Source: Candidatus Iainarchaeum sp. (GTDB lineage Archaea; Iainarchaeota; Iainarchaeia; Iainarchaeales; VGJJ01). Taken from it: a DNA stretch of 36,191 bases. The stretch lies in the NCBI GenBank assembly GCA_043803765.1, contig JAZDJQ010000009.1, positions 1 through 36,191 of the forward strand, in the 5' to 3' direction. Within the stretch, counting starts at the first letter, position 1; each line of letters begins with the position of its first letter. Below the pieces are notes generated by a model that was not told the DNA's origin, ran no database searches, and worked only from the letters and a program-made list of their open reading frames with translations. Below are positions 16,808 through 27,261 of this stretch, piece by piece. Made by a program: the position numbers and the translations under genes.

Positions 16808-17614
16808 ATGAGACAATGGAACGCGATACTAGTAGGAAGCGCCCTGCTTTTACTCATGGGGGTAGTATACGCAGACGTGTCACTTGTAGACCCGGTTGTA
16901 GCCAAAGCACGACCCAATGGAATCATTGACGCGGGAAGCATTTCCCCAGGAGACACGGCGGAACTCATATTTTCACGAATCAGCGGATATGGAAAAACAG
17001 CATTCTGGAATCAAGCCATACTAACACTCAATGGAAATGGAACAGGCATACGAACAACTAACTCAAAAGAGGGAACCGATTCCCTCATCACTAGCATACG
17101 CACAACCACGGCAAAACAAGAAGGAACCTACACGTTTAATGTAACACTCAAGGGAGATGGAGAAACACTACTCGATGAACATGTCTCACTCACCCTGAAC
17201 ATACAAAAAGGATTAATGAAAGCCAGCCTATCCGCAGAAAGCGTGGAAGGAAGAGTGAATGAACCACTACTCTATTACGTGTTATTAGTGAATGATTCAA
17301 GCGCAACCGTACCCGTATTCATTGAACCCATGCTCCCCCAATCGTGGACCGAGGGAAAAACAATCACCCTGAAACCCCACTCATTTGAAAGCATTCCACT
17401 AATAATAACACCGCGATTTGCCGGACCAAAAGGATTTGAAATCAATGTGATTCGAGCAGACAATGGAATTACCATCCGAAAACTAGATGCCACGCTAGTA
17501 GCTAATCCCACACTCAAAGACAGGTATTCGGCAGGACTGTATGGTTTCCCATTCTTCACAATTTCACTCGTATCCCACTACTTGGCAAACGCATTCTTCA
17601 GCTTCCTACTCTAA
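16808..17614 (+). CDS. Secreted, C-terminally anchored beta-sandwich surface protein
   Basis: Signal peptide ending VYA, Ig-like strands (GTYTFNVTL), hydrophobic C-terminus. Confidence 0.7.
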   Translation: MRQWNAILVGSALLLLMGVVYADVSLVDPVVAKARPNGIIDAGSISPGDTAELIFSRISGYGKTAFWNQAILTLNGNGTGIRTTNSKEGTDSLITSIRTTTAKQEGTYTFNVTLKGDGETLLDEHVSLTLNIQKGLMKASLSAESVEGRVNEPLLYYVLLVNDSSATVPVFIEPMLPQSWTEGKTITLKPHSFESIPLIITPRFAGPKGFEINVIRADNGITIRKLDATLVANPTLKDRYSAGLYGFPFFTISLVSHYLANAFFSFLL

Positions 17615-17653
17615 AAAGAGGCGTTTATTAGTTTTCCGACCCCACGAGGGTAT

Positions 17654-19249
17654 ATGCATGCCATTTCCAAAGTCGAGCAGTTGGCCATGCGAATAAGTAA
17701 CGAGATACAAGAAGGAAAAATACTCACTATTTCACAACTCAATAGAAAAAAGAGAGAATTATCCGATGGATTACAAATGAAACACCTTCCTACCAACCCC
17801 GACTTGCTACAACTCATACAACACCGTTTTACTCTCACCCCGGAACAGAAAAACCTGTTTCATATCAAACCCATACGAAACATATCCGGAATAGCCGTAC
17901 TAGCCGCCATGGTCAAACCCCATATATGCCCTCATGGAACGTGCATTTACTGCCCAAAGGGAATACACCATCCGTCCCCGCCCGCTTATACGGGAGACGA
18001 GCCTGCCGCCCAACGAGGATACCGGAATAATTTTGACGCATACAAGCAAGTAACAAGCCGAATTGACCAATTACAAAAAACAGGACACTCAACCGAGAAA
18101 TGCGAACTCGTCGTAATGGGAGGAACATTCCTATCCATGCCACAAGAATACCAATTCTCATTCATGAAAGGATGCTTGGATGGAATTACAGGAAAAAAAC
18201 ACACCACATTACACGAAGCAGTACACGCATGCGAAACATCCCAAAATAGAGTGATTGGAATCACCATGGAAACACGACCCGACGTAGCCAAAAAAGAAAA
18301 CATCCAACAAATGCTAACATGGGGAACCACACGAGTCGAAATGGGAGTGCAAACAATCGATGATGAAGTATTAGAAAAACTCAATCGACAACACACGATT
18401 CAAGATACTATTGATGCCACTCAACGATTGAAAGAAGCATGCCTAAAAGTAGGATATCATATGATGAGCAAGCTACCCTATTCCACACTTGAAAAAGACA
18501 TGAAAGCACATAAGGAAATATTCACGAATCCTGATTTCTGCCCCGACATGGTAAAAATGTACCCGCTTGCAGTAGTCCAAAACACCCCGCTTTATCAGGA
18601 ATGGAAAAAAGGAAACTACACTGAAATAACAGAAGAAGAAGCCATCTCATTTTATGCCGAAGTAAAACAACACGTTCCAGAATGGGTGCGCATCATGCGA
18701 GTACAGCGAGATATTCCAACACAAAATATTTCAGGAGGAGTAAAAAAAACAAACCTGAGACAAATGGTCAAAAAAAGAATGAAAGAAGAAGGAAAAAAAT
18801 GCCGATGCATCCGGTGCAGAGAAGTAGGATTCAAACACCAAGAAGAAGGAGCATGGCCAAAAAAGATTACTATTGTACGAAGAGAATATTCCGCATCAAA
18901 AGGAAAAGAAATATTCCTATCCGCCGAAGACGTGGAACAGGACATCCTAGTGGGATTTGCCCGTCTCCGAATACCCTATCACGAACTATTCCCTGAATTA
19001 GAAGGAAGCGCCTATATCCGCGAGCTACACGTATACGGAAACAGCACTCCACTAGGAGAACAAAAAGAAAAAAGCGGACAACACAAAGGATGGGGAAAAA
19101 AACTACTTATCGAGAGTGAAAGGATAGCAAAAGAAGAATACGGAAAAGAAAAAATGAATATCATTGCAGGAATAGGCGTAAGAGAATACTATTGGAAGCT
19201 AGGATACACGCCCAACGGGTTCTACGTCAAAAAGGAATTAAAGGGATGA
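17654..19249 (+). CDS. elp3: Elp3 tRNA wobble-uridine acetyltransferase (radical SAM + GNAT)
   Basis: CPHGTCIYCP, MGGTF, ETRPD, RVEMGVQT, RVQRDIP, CRCIRCREVG, RELHVYG, QHKGWGK, GIGVREYY. Confidence 0.97.
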   Translation: MHAISKVEQLAMRISNEIQEGKILTISQLNRKKRELSDGLQMKHLPTNPDLLQLIQHRFTLTPEQKNLFHIKPIRNISGIAVLAAMVKPHICPHGTCIYCPKGIHHPSPPAYTGDEPAAQRGYRNNFDAYKQVTSRIDQLQKTGHSTEKCELVVMGGTFLSMPQEYQFSFMKGCLDGITGKKHTTLHEAVHACETSQNRVIGITMETRPDVAKKENIQQMLTWGTTRVEMGVQTIDDEVLEKLNRQHTIQDTIDATQRLKEACLKVGYHMMSKLPYSTLEKDMKAHKEIFTNPDFCPDMVKMYPLAVVQNTPLYQEWKKGNYTEITEEEAISFYAEVKQHVPEWVRIMRVQRDIPTQNISGGVKKTNLRQMVKKRMKEEGKKCRCIRCREVGFKHQEEGAWPKKITIVRREYSASKGKEIFLSAEDVEQDILVGFARLRIPYHELFPELEGSAYIRELHVYGNSTPLGEQKEKSGQHKGWGKKLLIESERIAKEEYGKEKMNIIAGIGVREYYWKLGYTPNGFYVKKELKG

Positions 19250-19264
19250 ATGATTCCCTACTGA

Positions 19265-19621
19265 ATGATTGAAATCATCCTGGGAGGAATCATTCTCATT
19301 TTAGCAATCGGAGCATTCCTACTATGGAAACGCGTACAAGAATTAGGGGAATATGTGAACACGCTCTCCTTCTCCAAACAATCCCAATCCGTAAAATACG
19401 GAAAAATGTCCGAACAATGGATACCATTATCCGAAAAATTCCCATACGAAAAAGAACGATTTCGATTCATAGGAAACCCTGTTGACGGAATTGCATTCCT
19501 AGATGACAAAATAGTATTCTGCGAATTCAAATCAAATACAAGCCGATTAACTGAAAAACAAGAAGAAATCAAAAGACTAGTAAAAGAAAAAAAAATAGAA
19601 TGGTTCGAGCTGAGAACATAA
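19265..19621 (+). CDS. Membrane-anchored Holliday-junction-resolvase-like PD-(D/E)XK protein
   Basis: N-terminal TM helix; GKMSEQWIP, RFIGNPVDGIAF, FCEFKS. Confidence 0.85.
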   Translation: MIEIILGGIILILAIGAFLLWKRVQELGEYVNTLSFSKQSQSVKYGKMSEQWIPLSEKFPYEKERFRFIGNPVDGIAFLDDKIVFCEFKSNTSRLTEKQEEIKRLVKEKKIEWFELRT

Positions 19622-19629
19622 CTAAATCA

Positions 19630-20679
19630 TTATTCCAACCGATAACGAAGAAGAGAAACAATACCGCCTAAACCAGCAAGCTGTTTCCCATGCTCCTGCT
19701 GTTCATTCACCACACTAAAAGGAATGCCCATCTGCTTACAAAGAGACAATAACCGATTACACCGCTCACGCGACTGAGAAAGAAATGATTCAGTAAGAAG
19801 CACATGACGAGCCGCCCCCACTTGAACGGATTGCTCAACCTCACGCACACCATACGTTGCAAGACCATCCTCCTTACCCAAATGAAGAAGAACCTCCTCA
19901 ACCAGTGATGCTTCCTGTGCGAGACGATTCTCTCCAAGCACTTTGGTAATAGAAGACATGGATAATGCTTCTCGAATACCTTTTGGGCCGACATCTTTTG
20001 TTGCAACACTGAAAAACGCCTGAGTGTTTCCCTTAGGACGATGCTCATTAAGGAATGAAAGTAATCCTTCCCGCGCAAAACCAGGACCCGCAATAATAAT
20101 CTGCTTTTGAGGAGACGCAAAAACAATCTCAGCCAATTTAACATAGTATTTTCCATCACTAGAATCCGACTTGAACTGCTTACCCGACTTCATTGAGAAA
20201 AACTTCCCCAATTCCTTCAAACCGGAAGAAGACACCTGCAAAAGATGTGCTTCCTCATCATCCAATACTATTCCCAAATAGAGAGGGGATTGAGATTCCT
20301 TTTCATGCTGACGCAAACGGTCTATTTCATGCGAAAAAAAAGAGGACTTCTGAACCAAAATAGGTTGAAAGGGAAGAAAAAGAAGAGAATGCTGTGCACG
20401 CAACTCCACAAACTCAGGAGGAGAACCCGATTCAATCGTCCCGGAAACACGAAGAGAAGAAGACGAATCTTCTACACTCACATCATGAACACGTATAACT
20501 AAGTGCATCTTCAAACGAAAAGGCTTCTGACCCGGCTGTTTAGGTTTAATATTCCTATCCGTTTCACCCGAAACCAAATCATCCGGATGAATAAAACAAG
20601 CAAGAAAATGCATATCCTCCACCGTATGACACTCCACACGAAAAGAATGCTCAGCAGGTTTGATTGAAAGAATCTTCAT
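19630..20679 (-). CDS. pelA: Pelota ribosome-rescue factor
   Basis: MKIL, EDM..L...I.PDDLV...T.R, LRVSGTI..G, IIAGPGF, YGVREV...V..GA, GKQLAGLGGIVSLLRY. Confidence 0.93.
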   Translation of the reverse strand: MKILSIKPAEHSFRVECHTVEDMHFLACFIHPDDLVSGETDRNIKPKQPGQKPFRLKMHLVIRVHDVSVEDSSSSLRVSGTIESGSPPEFVELRAQHSLLFLPFQPILVQKSSFFSHEIDRLRQHEKESQSPLYLGIVLDDEEAHLLQVSSSGLKELGKFFSMKSGKQFKSDSSDGKYYVKLAEIVFASPQKQIIIAGPGFAREGLLSFLNEHRPKGNTQAFFSVATKDVGPKGIREALSMSSITKVLGENRLAQEASLVEEVLLHLGKEDGLATYGVREVEQSVQVGAARHVLLTESFLSQSRERCNRLLSLCKQMGIPFSVVNEQQEHGKQLAGLGGIVSLLRYRLE

Positions 20680-20734
20680 GAAAAAGGGAGGGCAGGGGGG
20701 TTATTTAAAATACGCATGGGAATAAGTAAGAGAT

Positions 20735-20932
20735 ATGCGCCCCCTATCCCGAATTGGATGGTTTTCAGCAGGAATAGGAATCATTCTACTCATTATTGCC
20801 TTTTGGCACGCCGGAGGATTCGATAACACGGGGATGGGAATCACCCAACTACTTGGGACACTATTCTGGGGGGGAATAGCATGGGCCGGAATACTCATTA
20901 TTGGAATGGCCATCCTATTCTTGAGTGCGTAA
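20735..20932 (+). CDS. Small two-helix membrane protein
   Basis: Two hydrophobic segments; TTTAAAA upstream; divergent from pelota. Confidence 0.7.
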   Translation: MRPLSRIGWFSAGIGIILLIIAFWHAGGFDNTGMGITQLLGTLFWGGIAWAGILIIGMAILFLSA

Positions 20933-20957
20933 GAAAAACGCACAGGTAAAAAAAAAT

Positions 20958-22733
20958 ATGAGCCTCAAACGCATCGCGGTCATCGACCACGACAAATGTT
21001 CCCCAGAAAAATGCAACTGGTTATGCCAACGAAAATGCCCCGTGAATCGAGGCGGAAAAGACTGCATCACCCAGAATAAGGAAAAAATGAAAGCCGTCAT
21101 ATCCGAACCACTATGCACCGGATGCGGAATCTGCCCACGCATATGCCCATTTGGAGCAATAACCATCATCAACTTAGACGTAGACTTTGGAGAACCCATC
21201 CACACCTATGGAGAAAACCAATTTAGACTGCACCGCCTGCCCATCCCCCAACAAGGAAAAGTAGTAGGAATAATAGGAAAAAATGGGACAGGAAAAACAA
21301 CTGCGATTGGAATATTATCAGGACAAATCATCCCCAACCTAGGAAAATGGGAAGAAAAAGCAACATACGAAAAAGTACTAAACAAGTACAAAGGAAAAGA
21401 ATTAGCCAACCTATTCAATTCCATCGCACACCACAAAAACACGGTTTCCATCAAACCCCAAATGGTAGAAAAAATACCGCTTATCCACAAAGGAAACATA
21501 AGAGAACTACTACGAAAAATAAACCCAGAGAAAGCAGAAAACGTGATGAAAAAAATAGGACTAACCAAAATAGCGGAAAGAGAACTATCCCACTTATCAG
21601 GAGGAGAATTACAAAAAGTAGCACTCGCAGCTACCGCACTAAAAGAAGCCGACACCTATTTCATTGACGAACCATCCTCATTCCTCGATATACGCGAAAG
21701 ACTACGCGCAGCCGAATTCATACGAGAAATACTAACCGACGGAAAAAACGTACTTGCCGTAGAACACGACCTGGTGCTGCTCGATTATTTATCCGACAAC
21801 ATTCACCTCATGTTTGGCGAGCCATCCGTATTCGGCGTCGTATCATCCACCCACCCAACAAGAGAAGGAATCAACACGTACTTAGAAGGATACGCACGGG
21901 ACGAAAACTTCAGATTCAGAGACCACGAGATTACATTCATGGAAAAAGGAGCACACGACACAAAAAAACAACAACCCCTCTTGTATTGGCCCGCATTCAA
22001 CGTGAAACAAGGAGATTTCTCCCTATCCGTAGACGCGGGAAACATCCAGACCCATCAAAGCATAGGAATCCTTGGACCAAATGGAATAGGAAAAACAACA
22101 TTCATCAAAGCAATAGCCGGAATACTAACACCAAAGGAAGGAACACTTCCCCAAAAAGTGCCGGTAGCATACAAACCCCAACAATTAGAAGCCACCCCTA
22201 ACTTAAGCGTAGAAGAATTTCTACATGGAAAACTATCAACCGAAATACGAGACACTAAACATTTACTCATCGAACCATTACACCTTCCTTCGTTGTATGA
22301 AAAACAACTCGATACTTTATCAGGAGGGGAACTGCAACGCGTTGCCATCGCAGCCGCCATGGGAACGGATGCACCGCTCATTTTGCTCGACGAACCATCC
22401 GCCATGCTCGATGTAGAACAACGACTACAAGTAGCAAAGACTATCCGCAACATCGTGGACCACACTTCTCGTACGGTATTAGTAGTAGACCACGACTTAA
22501 TGTTCATGGACTATGTTTCAGACAGGCTATTATTATTCGAAGGAGAACCCGGAATAAAAGGAAGAATGCGCGGCCCATTAGGAATGGAAGAAGGAATGAA
22601 CGGACTACTCAAACAACTGGGAATCACCGTGAGAAGAGACCAGAATACAAAACGACCACGCATCAACAAACAAGGAAGCGTGAAAGACATGGAACAGAAA
22701 AAGAAAGGAGACTACTATTATACGAAAGGATAA
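20958..22733 (+). CDS. rli1: ABCE1 ribosome-recycling ATPase (Rli1)
   Basis: Fe-S domain CSPEKCNWLCQRKCP...CTGCGICPRICP; two ABC domains (GKNGTGKTT/LSGGELQ; GPNGIGKTT/LSGGELQ); RPRINK..S.KD.EQK..G.YYY. Confidence 0.97.
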   Translation: MSLKRIAVIDHDKCSPEKCNWLCQRKCPVNRGGKDCITQNKEKMKAVISEPLCTGCGICPRICPFGAITIINLDVDFGEPIHTYGENQFRLHRLPIPQQGKVVGIIGKNGTGKTTAIGILSGQIIPNLGKWEEKATYEKVLNKYKGKELANLFNSIAHHKNTVSIKPQMVEKIPLIHKGNIRELLRKINPEKAENVMKKIGLTKIAERELSHLSGGELQKVALAATALKEADTYFIDEPSSFLDIRERLRAAEFIREILTDGKNVLAVEHDLVLLDYLSDNIHLMFGEPSVFGVVSSTHPTREGINTYLEGYARDENFRFRDHEITFMEKGAHDTKKQQPLLYWPAFNVKQGDFSLSVDAGNIQTHQSIGILGPNGIGKTTFIKAIAGILTPKEGTLPQKVPVAYKPQQLEATPNLSVEEFLHGKLSTEIRDTKHLLIEPLHLPSLYEKQLDTLSGGELQRVAIAAAMGTDAPLILLDEPSAMLDVEQRLQVAKTIRNIVDHTSRTVLVVDHDLMFMDYVSDRLLLFEGEPGIKGRMRGPLGMEEGMNGLLKQLGITVRRDQNTKRPRINKQGSVKDMEQKKKGDYYYTKG

Positions 22734-22734
22734 A

Positions 22735-22989
22735 TACCCAAAAAAGAAATTAACGACCGAAGAAGTATTCCGCCATTCGCTTTACATCACTGAAAAAAAG
22801 GGTGAAATCCGACACATCATTTTTGTCGCGCTATTCTACCTTAAACACCGAAAAAAACTTTCCAAAATCAAACACCCCATTCTTGAAAAGCTGAATCGAA
22901 CCTTTTATGGAGAGAAATTCGGCGGTTTCCCCTCCCTGCAAGAGATTAAAGACCGTGCAGCCGTATACGATTTGAAGGTCAGACCATGA
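22735..22989 (+). pseudogene. 5'-truncated gene remnant not in the ORF track
   Basis: 84 open codons YPKKKLTTEEVFRHSLYITEKKGEIRHIIFVALFYLKH...FPSLQEIKDRAAVYDLKVRP*. No ATG/GTG/TTG at its 5' end back to the in-frame TGA at 22681. Confidence 0.6.
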
Positions 22990-23053
22990 TATAGCGAATT
23001 CCTTCGACGTGAGCAATCATATTAATAAGCCGTCAAAAGCACATAGGTATGCC

Positions 23054-23320
23054 ATGAAAAACATGCTCGTCTCACTCCCCATCATGATTATGCGGGAGGG
23101 AAAATGGTTTGTTGCTTCCTGCCCCCCGTTAGATATCGCTACTCAAGGAGAGACAGAAGAAGAAGTCAAGGAAAACATGGCGGACTTGATCCAGGATTAC
23201 TTGTCCGATAAAGACACCCCTAAACCTGAAAAGTTGGCCGAGCTGAGTTCTATCTCATTTATCCAGGCAAAAATTCCAAAGGGTGGCGAGAATGGGAAAA
23301 TTAAAGCCGTTGCCGACTAA
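23054..23320 (+). CDS. hicB: HicB-family antitoxin (short, no evident DNA-binding domain)
   Basis: REGKWFVASCPPLDIATQGETEEEVKENMADLIQDYL. Confidence 0.88.
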   Translation: MKNMLVSLPIMIMREGKWFVASCPPLDIATQGETEEEVKENMADLIQDYLSDKDTPKPEKLAELSSISFIQAKIPKGGENGKIKAVAD

Positions 23321-23510
23321 GGAAGTCATTCGCATTTTGGAAAAACATGGCTTTCGCGAAGAACGGTCAAGTAAACATATCACCTTTAAGAAAACCCTTC
23401 CATCCGGGAAAGTCTTGACCACGTGGGTTCCCAAAGGAAAAGAGGTGACCATTTTCGTCCCCCAATATATTATCAAACAGACTGAAATTGCTCGGGATGA
23501 ATTTTGTTGA
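23292..23510 (+). CDS. hicA: HicA-family toxin
   Basis: KLKPLPTKEVIRILEKHGF...RSSKHITFK....VP......IIKQ; overlaps hicB. Confidence 0.82.
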   Translation: MGKLKPLPTKEVIRILEKHGFREERSSKHITFKKTLPSGKVLTTWVPKGKEVTIFVPQYIIKQTEIARDEFC

Positions 23511-23601
23511 ATTCCAATACATCGGTTATCAAAATCAACCAATTCCTGCAAACCTACATGGAAAAATGGGTGAAGAAATGAGGAAAAGAGGCGAATCGGA
23601 A

Positions 23602-24087
23602 ATGATCAGTGCCGTTCCATCAAATAAACGTCATTTTAGGAAACTTATGGAGTTTTTTCATGACATTCTTCGCATCTGCCGTAAAGCAAAAGCTAATCCT
23701 GTTGTTTATGGAAGCATGGCTTACTTTTGGCATACATTGGATACACACGCAAAAATTAATGATGTTGACTTACTGGTTTCCGAACAGGCATTCCCTTTGA
23801 TAATAGAAGGATTGAAAAAAGCTAAAATCCAACACCGATTTTACCAAAAATGGCGCACCATTCATGTTGAAAAAGATGGTTTGAAAATTGAGTTGGATTC
23901 CAAGGAATTTTGGTTTCATGAAAAAAATGAAAAATGTGTCCGTTTTAATTTTGGCGGGTTGAAAATAAAATCTTTGAATCGAAATGACTTATCCAGAACC
24001 TATGCGACGGCTATCAGAAAAAAGAAAAACAAAGATTATGAGAAAAAATATGAGAAATTAACAGATCTGGCTGCCAAACAAATATAG
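23602..24087 (+). CDS. Pol-beta-superfamily nucleotidyltransferase (start uncertain, 23567-23602)
   Basis: VVYGSMA...INDVDLLV...KIELD catalytic pattern. Confidence 0.7.
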   Translation: MISAVPSNKRHFRKLMEFFHDILRICRKAKANPVVYGSMAYFWHTLDTHAKINDVDLLVSEQAFPLIIEGLKKAKIQHRFYQKWRTIHVEKDGLKIELDSKEFWFHEKNEKCVRFNFGGLKIKSLNRNDLSRTYATAIRKKKNKDYEKKYEKLTDLAAKQI

Positions 24088-24185
24088 AAGATCCTCCCAA
24101 TCCGTTTTTAACCGCTGTCATCCGTGTAATCGCTCGATTTCCGTGCATTATTCGGACTAACGGTCACCATGCATGGAACGGGAAT

Positions 24186-24968
24186 TTATTTTCCTAATCC
24201 CCTTAATCCCAAGTGTTTTTTCCGCGCATACTCATGACCGCGAACAAGCTCAAAACGGTTCATGTAGAGAATGCTTTTGAGTATTTCAAGAAAAGGAATC
24301 ACAAAACCAAACATAAGGAGAACCGTAATGTACCTCCCAACATAAATGAATGAATCAATAAACGCCTCCACAAGAGGAAGCAAACCAATGAGAACGGTTC
24401 CTAATACAATCACCAAAAGAAAATCAGAAGGATGCGCACGAATCACATACCAATTCGTTTGAATGGATTCCCAAATAGGCTTCTCATCAATCACTAATGA
24501 TTGGGGAACAAAAACAAGAGAAAGAGAAATAAGAAGCAATAGGAGATTGAGCCAGATAATCGGAACATTCAATCCCAACCCAATCAACACTAGACCTACA
24601 AACAAAATAGAAAGAATAATGAAATAAGACACCATCTTGACAAAAAACTTTTGAACCATTTCACGCAAATAATACCGCACTTTAATATGAGAAAGATCAT
24701 TCCGAACGGCCAACAACAAGAGAGTAAGAAGAATCGAATACATCGAAATGAAAACCAATCCAGCTAAAAACTGCGCCACCATCACCTCCCACGAAATAGG
24801 GGAAAAAGAATAGTCAAAAAACATCGTGCCATTAAACAACGCGATATTACCAAAACGAAGAAAAAAGAAAACAAAAACAAGAAGAATAGCAAACGAAAGG
24901 GAAAGCTTTAGATTCTCACGATACTGAAGATGGACTTGCTTCACCAGGGAAAACTCCTCACGACTCAT
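24186..24968 (-). CDS. Multi-pass membrane protein
   Basis: About 6 hydrophobic helices; FVPQSLVIDEKPIWESI motif. Confidence 0.8.
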   Translation of the reverse strand: MSREEFSLVKQVHLQYRENLKLSLSFAILLVFVFFFLRFGNIALFNGTMFFDYSFSPISWEVMVAQFLAGLVFISMYSILLTLLLLAVRNDLSHIKVRYYLREMVQKFFVKMVSYFIILSILFVGLVLIGLGLNVPIIWLNLLLLLISLSLVFVPQSLVIDEKPIWESIQTNWYVIRAHPSDFLLVIVLGTVLIGLLPLVEAFIDSFIYVGRYITVLLMFGFVIPFLEILKSILYMNRFELVRGHEYARKKHLGLRGLGK

Positions 24969-25065
24969 AACAAGATACGTATACCATTACCGCATTAAAA
25001 GCCTGTGGGAAAACAAACGCAAAAAAAAGAAAACAACTCAACCCAAGAAAAATTACTCAACATAA

Positions 25066-25605
25066 TTAAGTGGATGCGAGATGAGGAAGCTTCTCCCCCC
25101 AATAACGATGAATAATCCAATACGAAACCCAACCCAAAAGACCTGCTAAAACAAAAAGAAAGAAAGGAGATTGGAGAAGAAAATCAAGAAAATTAGTAAG
25201 GGTATACTCCCAAGCGAAACCAAACGATTCAATCGTAGCATTGGAACTACCCCGCGACATAACCACAAGAAAAGAATTATTCCAAAAGAAAAACAAAACA
25301 GCAATAAAAAAAGCAAAATAAGAGCCTACAACATACACGAGCGCAGCAGGAATAGAAAGAATCTGCTCATCCCTAAAATGACGCAAATACCAGGAAACGG
25401 AAAGCCAAGCAAAAACAAAACCAATAACAGGAATAAAAAGAAACAACGGATCAACAAACAAATAACCCTCAAGGGGCTGCCCATTCAGAATACGAGAACC
25501 ATAACCATCCCACTTAGGAAGAAAATCCTGAGTCGAGTAAAGAAAATAAAGAAAAACATAGGAAACCAGACCAAAAACGGCAGCCTTAAGCATTCGGGAA
25601 TTCAT
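25066..25605 (-). CDS. Multi-pass membrane protein
   Basis: About 4 hydrophobic helices; TTTTAAA upstream of ATG 25605. Confidence 0.75.
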   Translation of the reverse strand: MNSRMLKAAVFGLVSYVFLYFLYSTQDFLPKWDGYGSRILNGQPLEGYLFVDPLFLFIPVIGFVFAWLSVSWYLRHFRDEQILSIPAALVYVVGSYFAFFIAVLFFFWNNSFLVVMSRGSSNATIESFGFAWEYTLTNFLDFLLQSPFFLFVLAGLLGWVSYWIIHRYWGEKLPHLAST

Positions 25606-25670
25606 GAACAAACGTATCAAAGAAAGAGCATTTAAAACAGTGCGCCACCAACCCAAAAAAAACAACCCGT

Positions 25671-27164
25671 TCACTTAGGGAAATACAATGACTGCAGGGA
25701 GGGACGGCCGGGCAGGGTATCATTCATGGTGTATGGACTGGATAATTTTCCCGAGCTCCCATTTGAATTGACCAAGCCGATAAACAAATGCTGACCGGTA
25801 GCCGCCTTGGCGGTCAAACGATCCAGCGAGAGTTGTGTAAACGAAAAAACAGCCGTGCATGTTCTAGTTGAACTCACCCCGTTCCAATTACCAATACCCT
25901 TCAATTCATACACAAGTGGGGTAGAAGCAGTAGAAATATTAGGACACATATTATTTGGAAGCGGATTCCCAATGTCATACAATAGCACATCAGAAAATTG
26001 AGCGTCCACCAACTGCTCGCAGGCATCCCCGCAACTGGTTGAAGGACCACAATCCGATAAGGTATCAAAATCGTGTACCACTGCATAGATGCCTGTAGGA
26101 ACGGATGAAACAAACTTTTCCACATTGGTAAACGGACCAACTTCCAACTGCAACGCAAAACCATTTGTGTTGTTTATCTCGAAATATCCATTATTAGCAG
26201 GGCTGTCTGTGTTCTCACAAAAAGGAGTTGAGTATATGCCAGTATCGTGAGAAAAACAGATGATTTTGTCGAGGGGGGGATTGGGACCGCAGTATGAAGT
26301 AATAGGATCATCTGGATCCAGTGGATCCCCTTCACTACATTGATGCAACTCGCAACCCGGCGTTATCGTACACCCATAGAGATTAGTCCAACTCCCCGCA
26401 TTACTCCTGCACGCATACAACGCCCCCGCGTGATCGGGATTGGAGGAAAACCAGAACAAAGTATCGGAATCGTTGTCCGTTCCAGTACCTGAAAGGGAAC
26501 CGTTCTCTAATTGCTTTACCTCAAAACTATACTGAATACCCGTCAGATTGGAACTCCTGCCCAGTCCCCCAATCTCCACTCCAAACTTCTGGGAAGAGTT
26601 AGGGGGGATAGTTATACCAATACCTACACCCGAAAAATCATACTCGAATTGACACACACCACCATTGCAGAAAGGGATACCAGGAAAAGAAAAGCAGTTT
26701 TCAGTAGTAACATTACAATAAGGACAAGTGTATATTCCAGAACCACTCGGTGACTCTGGACAATAAGGGGGGCCAGTTGGTAAAATTGTTAGTGGAAACT
26801 CAATATTAGTTACGGGAATACTCTGCCCGACATCCGACGAGGTGCAAATTTCATTACCACACATCAACCGCAGAGTCATTCTGGAAAGGTAGAGCGTGCG
26901 CCAACTGGAAGTATTCTCTACAACAAAACCATACGGTTCAGAAGCCAATCCCTCATCCCAATTAAGGAAAAATTCACACTCCGCTGATTTACCCGTACAG
27001 AGATCAATTTTGTTATATTCATCAATGTCTTCCTGAATAAGCCCACCACCATACGGACCAAGAAAGAGAAGAATAAGAAAAGCAATAATCGCAACTAATA
27101 TCCCGCCCGCAATAAGGAGCAAATATTCTAATGATCCCTGACCCGCATTATTACTAGAATGCAT
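25671..27164 (-). CDS. Large Cys-rich pilin-like protein with class III signal peptide
   Basis: NNAG|QGSLEYLLLIAGGILVAIIAF matches QxSxExxxL; 22 Cys in the predicted extracellular part. Confidence 0.8.
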   Translation of the reverse strand: MHSSNNAGQGSLEYLLLIAGGILVAIIAFLILLFLGPYGGGLIQEDIDEYNKIDLCTGKSAECEFFLNWDEGLASEPYGFVVENTSSWRTLYLSRMTLRLMCGNEICTSSDVGQSIPVTNIEFPLTILPTGPPYCPESPSGSGIYTCPYCNVTTENCFSFPGIPFCNGGVCQFEYDFSGVGIGITIPPNSSQKFGVEIGGLGRSSNLTGIQYSFEVKQLENGSLSGTGTDNDSDTLFWFSSNPDHAGALYACRSNAGSWTNLYGCTITPGCELHQCSEGDPLDPDDPITSYCGPNPPLDKIICFSHDTGIYSTPFCENTDSPANNGYFEINNTNGFALQLEVGPFTNVEKFVSSVPTGIYAVVHDFDTLSDCGPSTSCGDACEQLVDAQFSDVLLYDIGNPLPNNMCPNISTASTPLVYELKGIGNWNGVSSTRTCTAVFSFTQLSLDRLTAKAATGQHLFIGLVNSNGSSGKLSSPYTMNDTLPGRPSLQSLYFPK

Positions 27165-27261
27165 ACCCCCATCCAATCGTCAAGGGAATAAAAGCAAGAG
27201 GGACAAATATCGCCCAAAAATAGCACAGGTAAAAAAGAGGAAGGGTACTAGTTTGAACAGT

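Noticed and set aside
25171-25635. 154-aa K/N/R-rich ORF
   Set aside because: Antisense shadow of a T-rich membrane-protein gene; the same applies to most short overlapping ORFs in the track.
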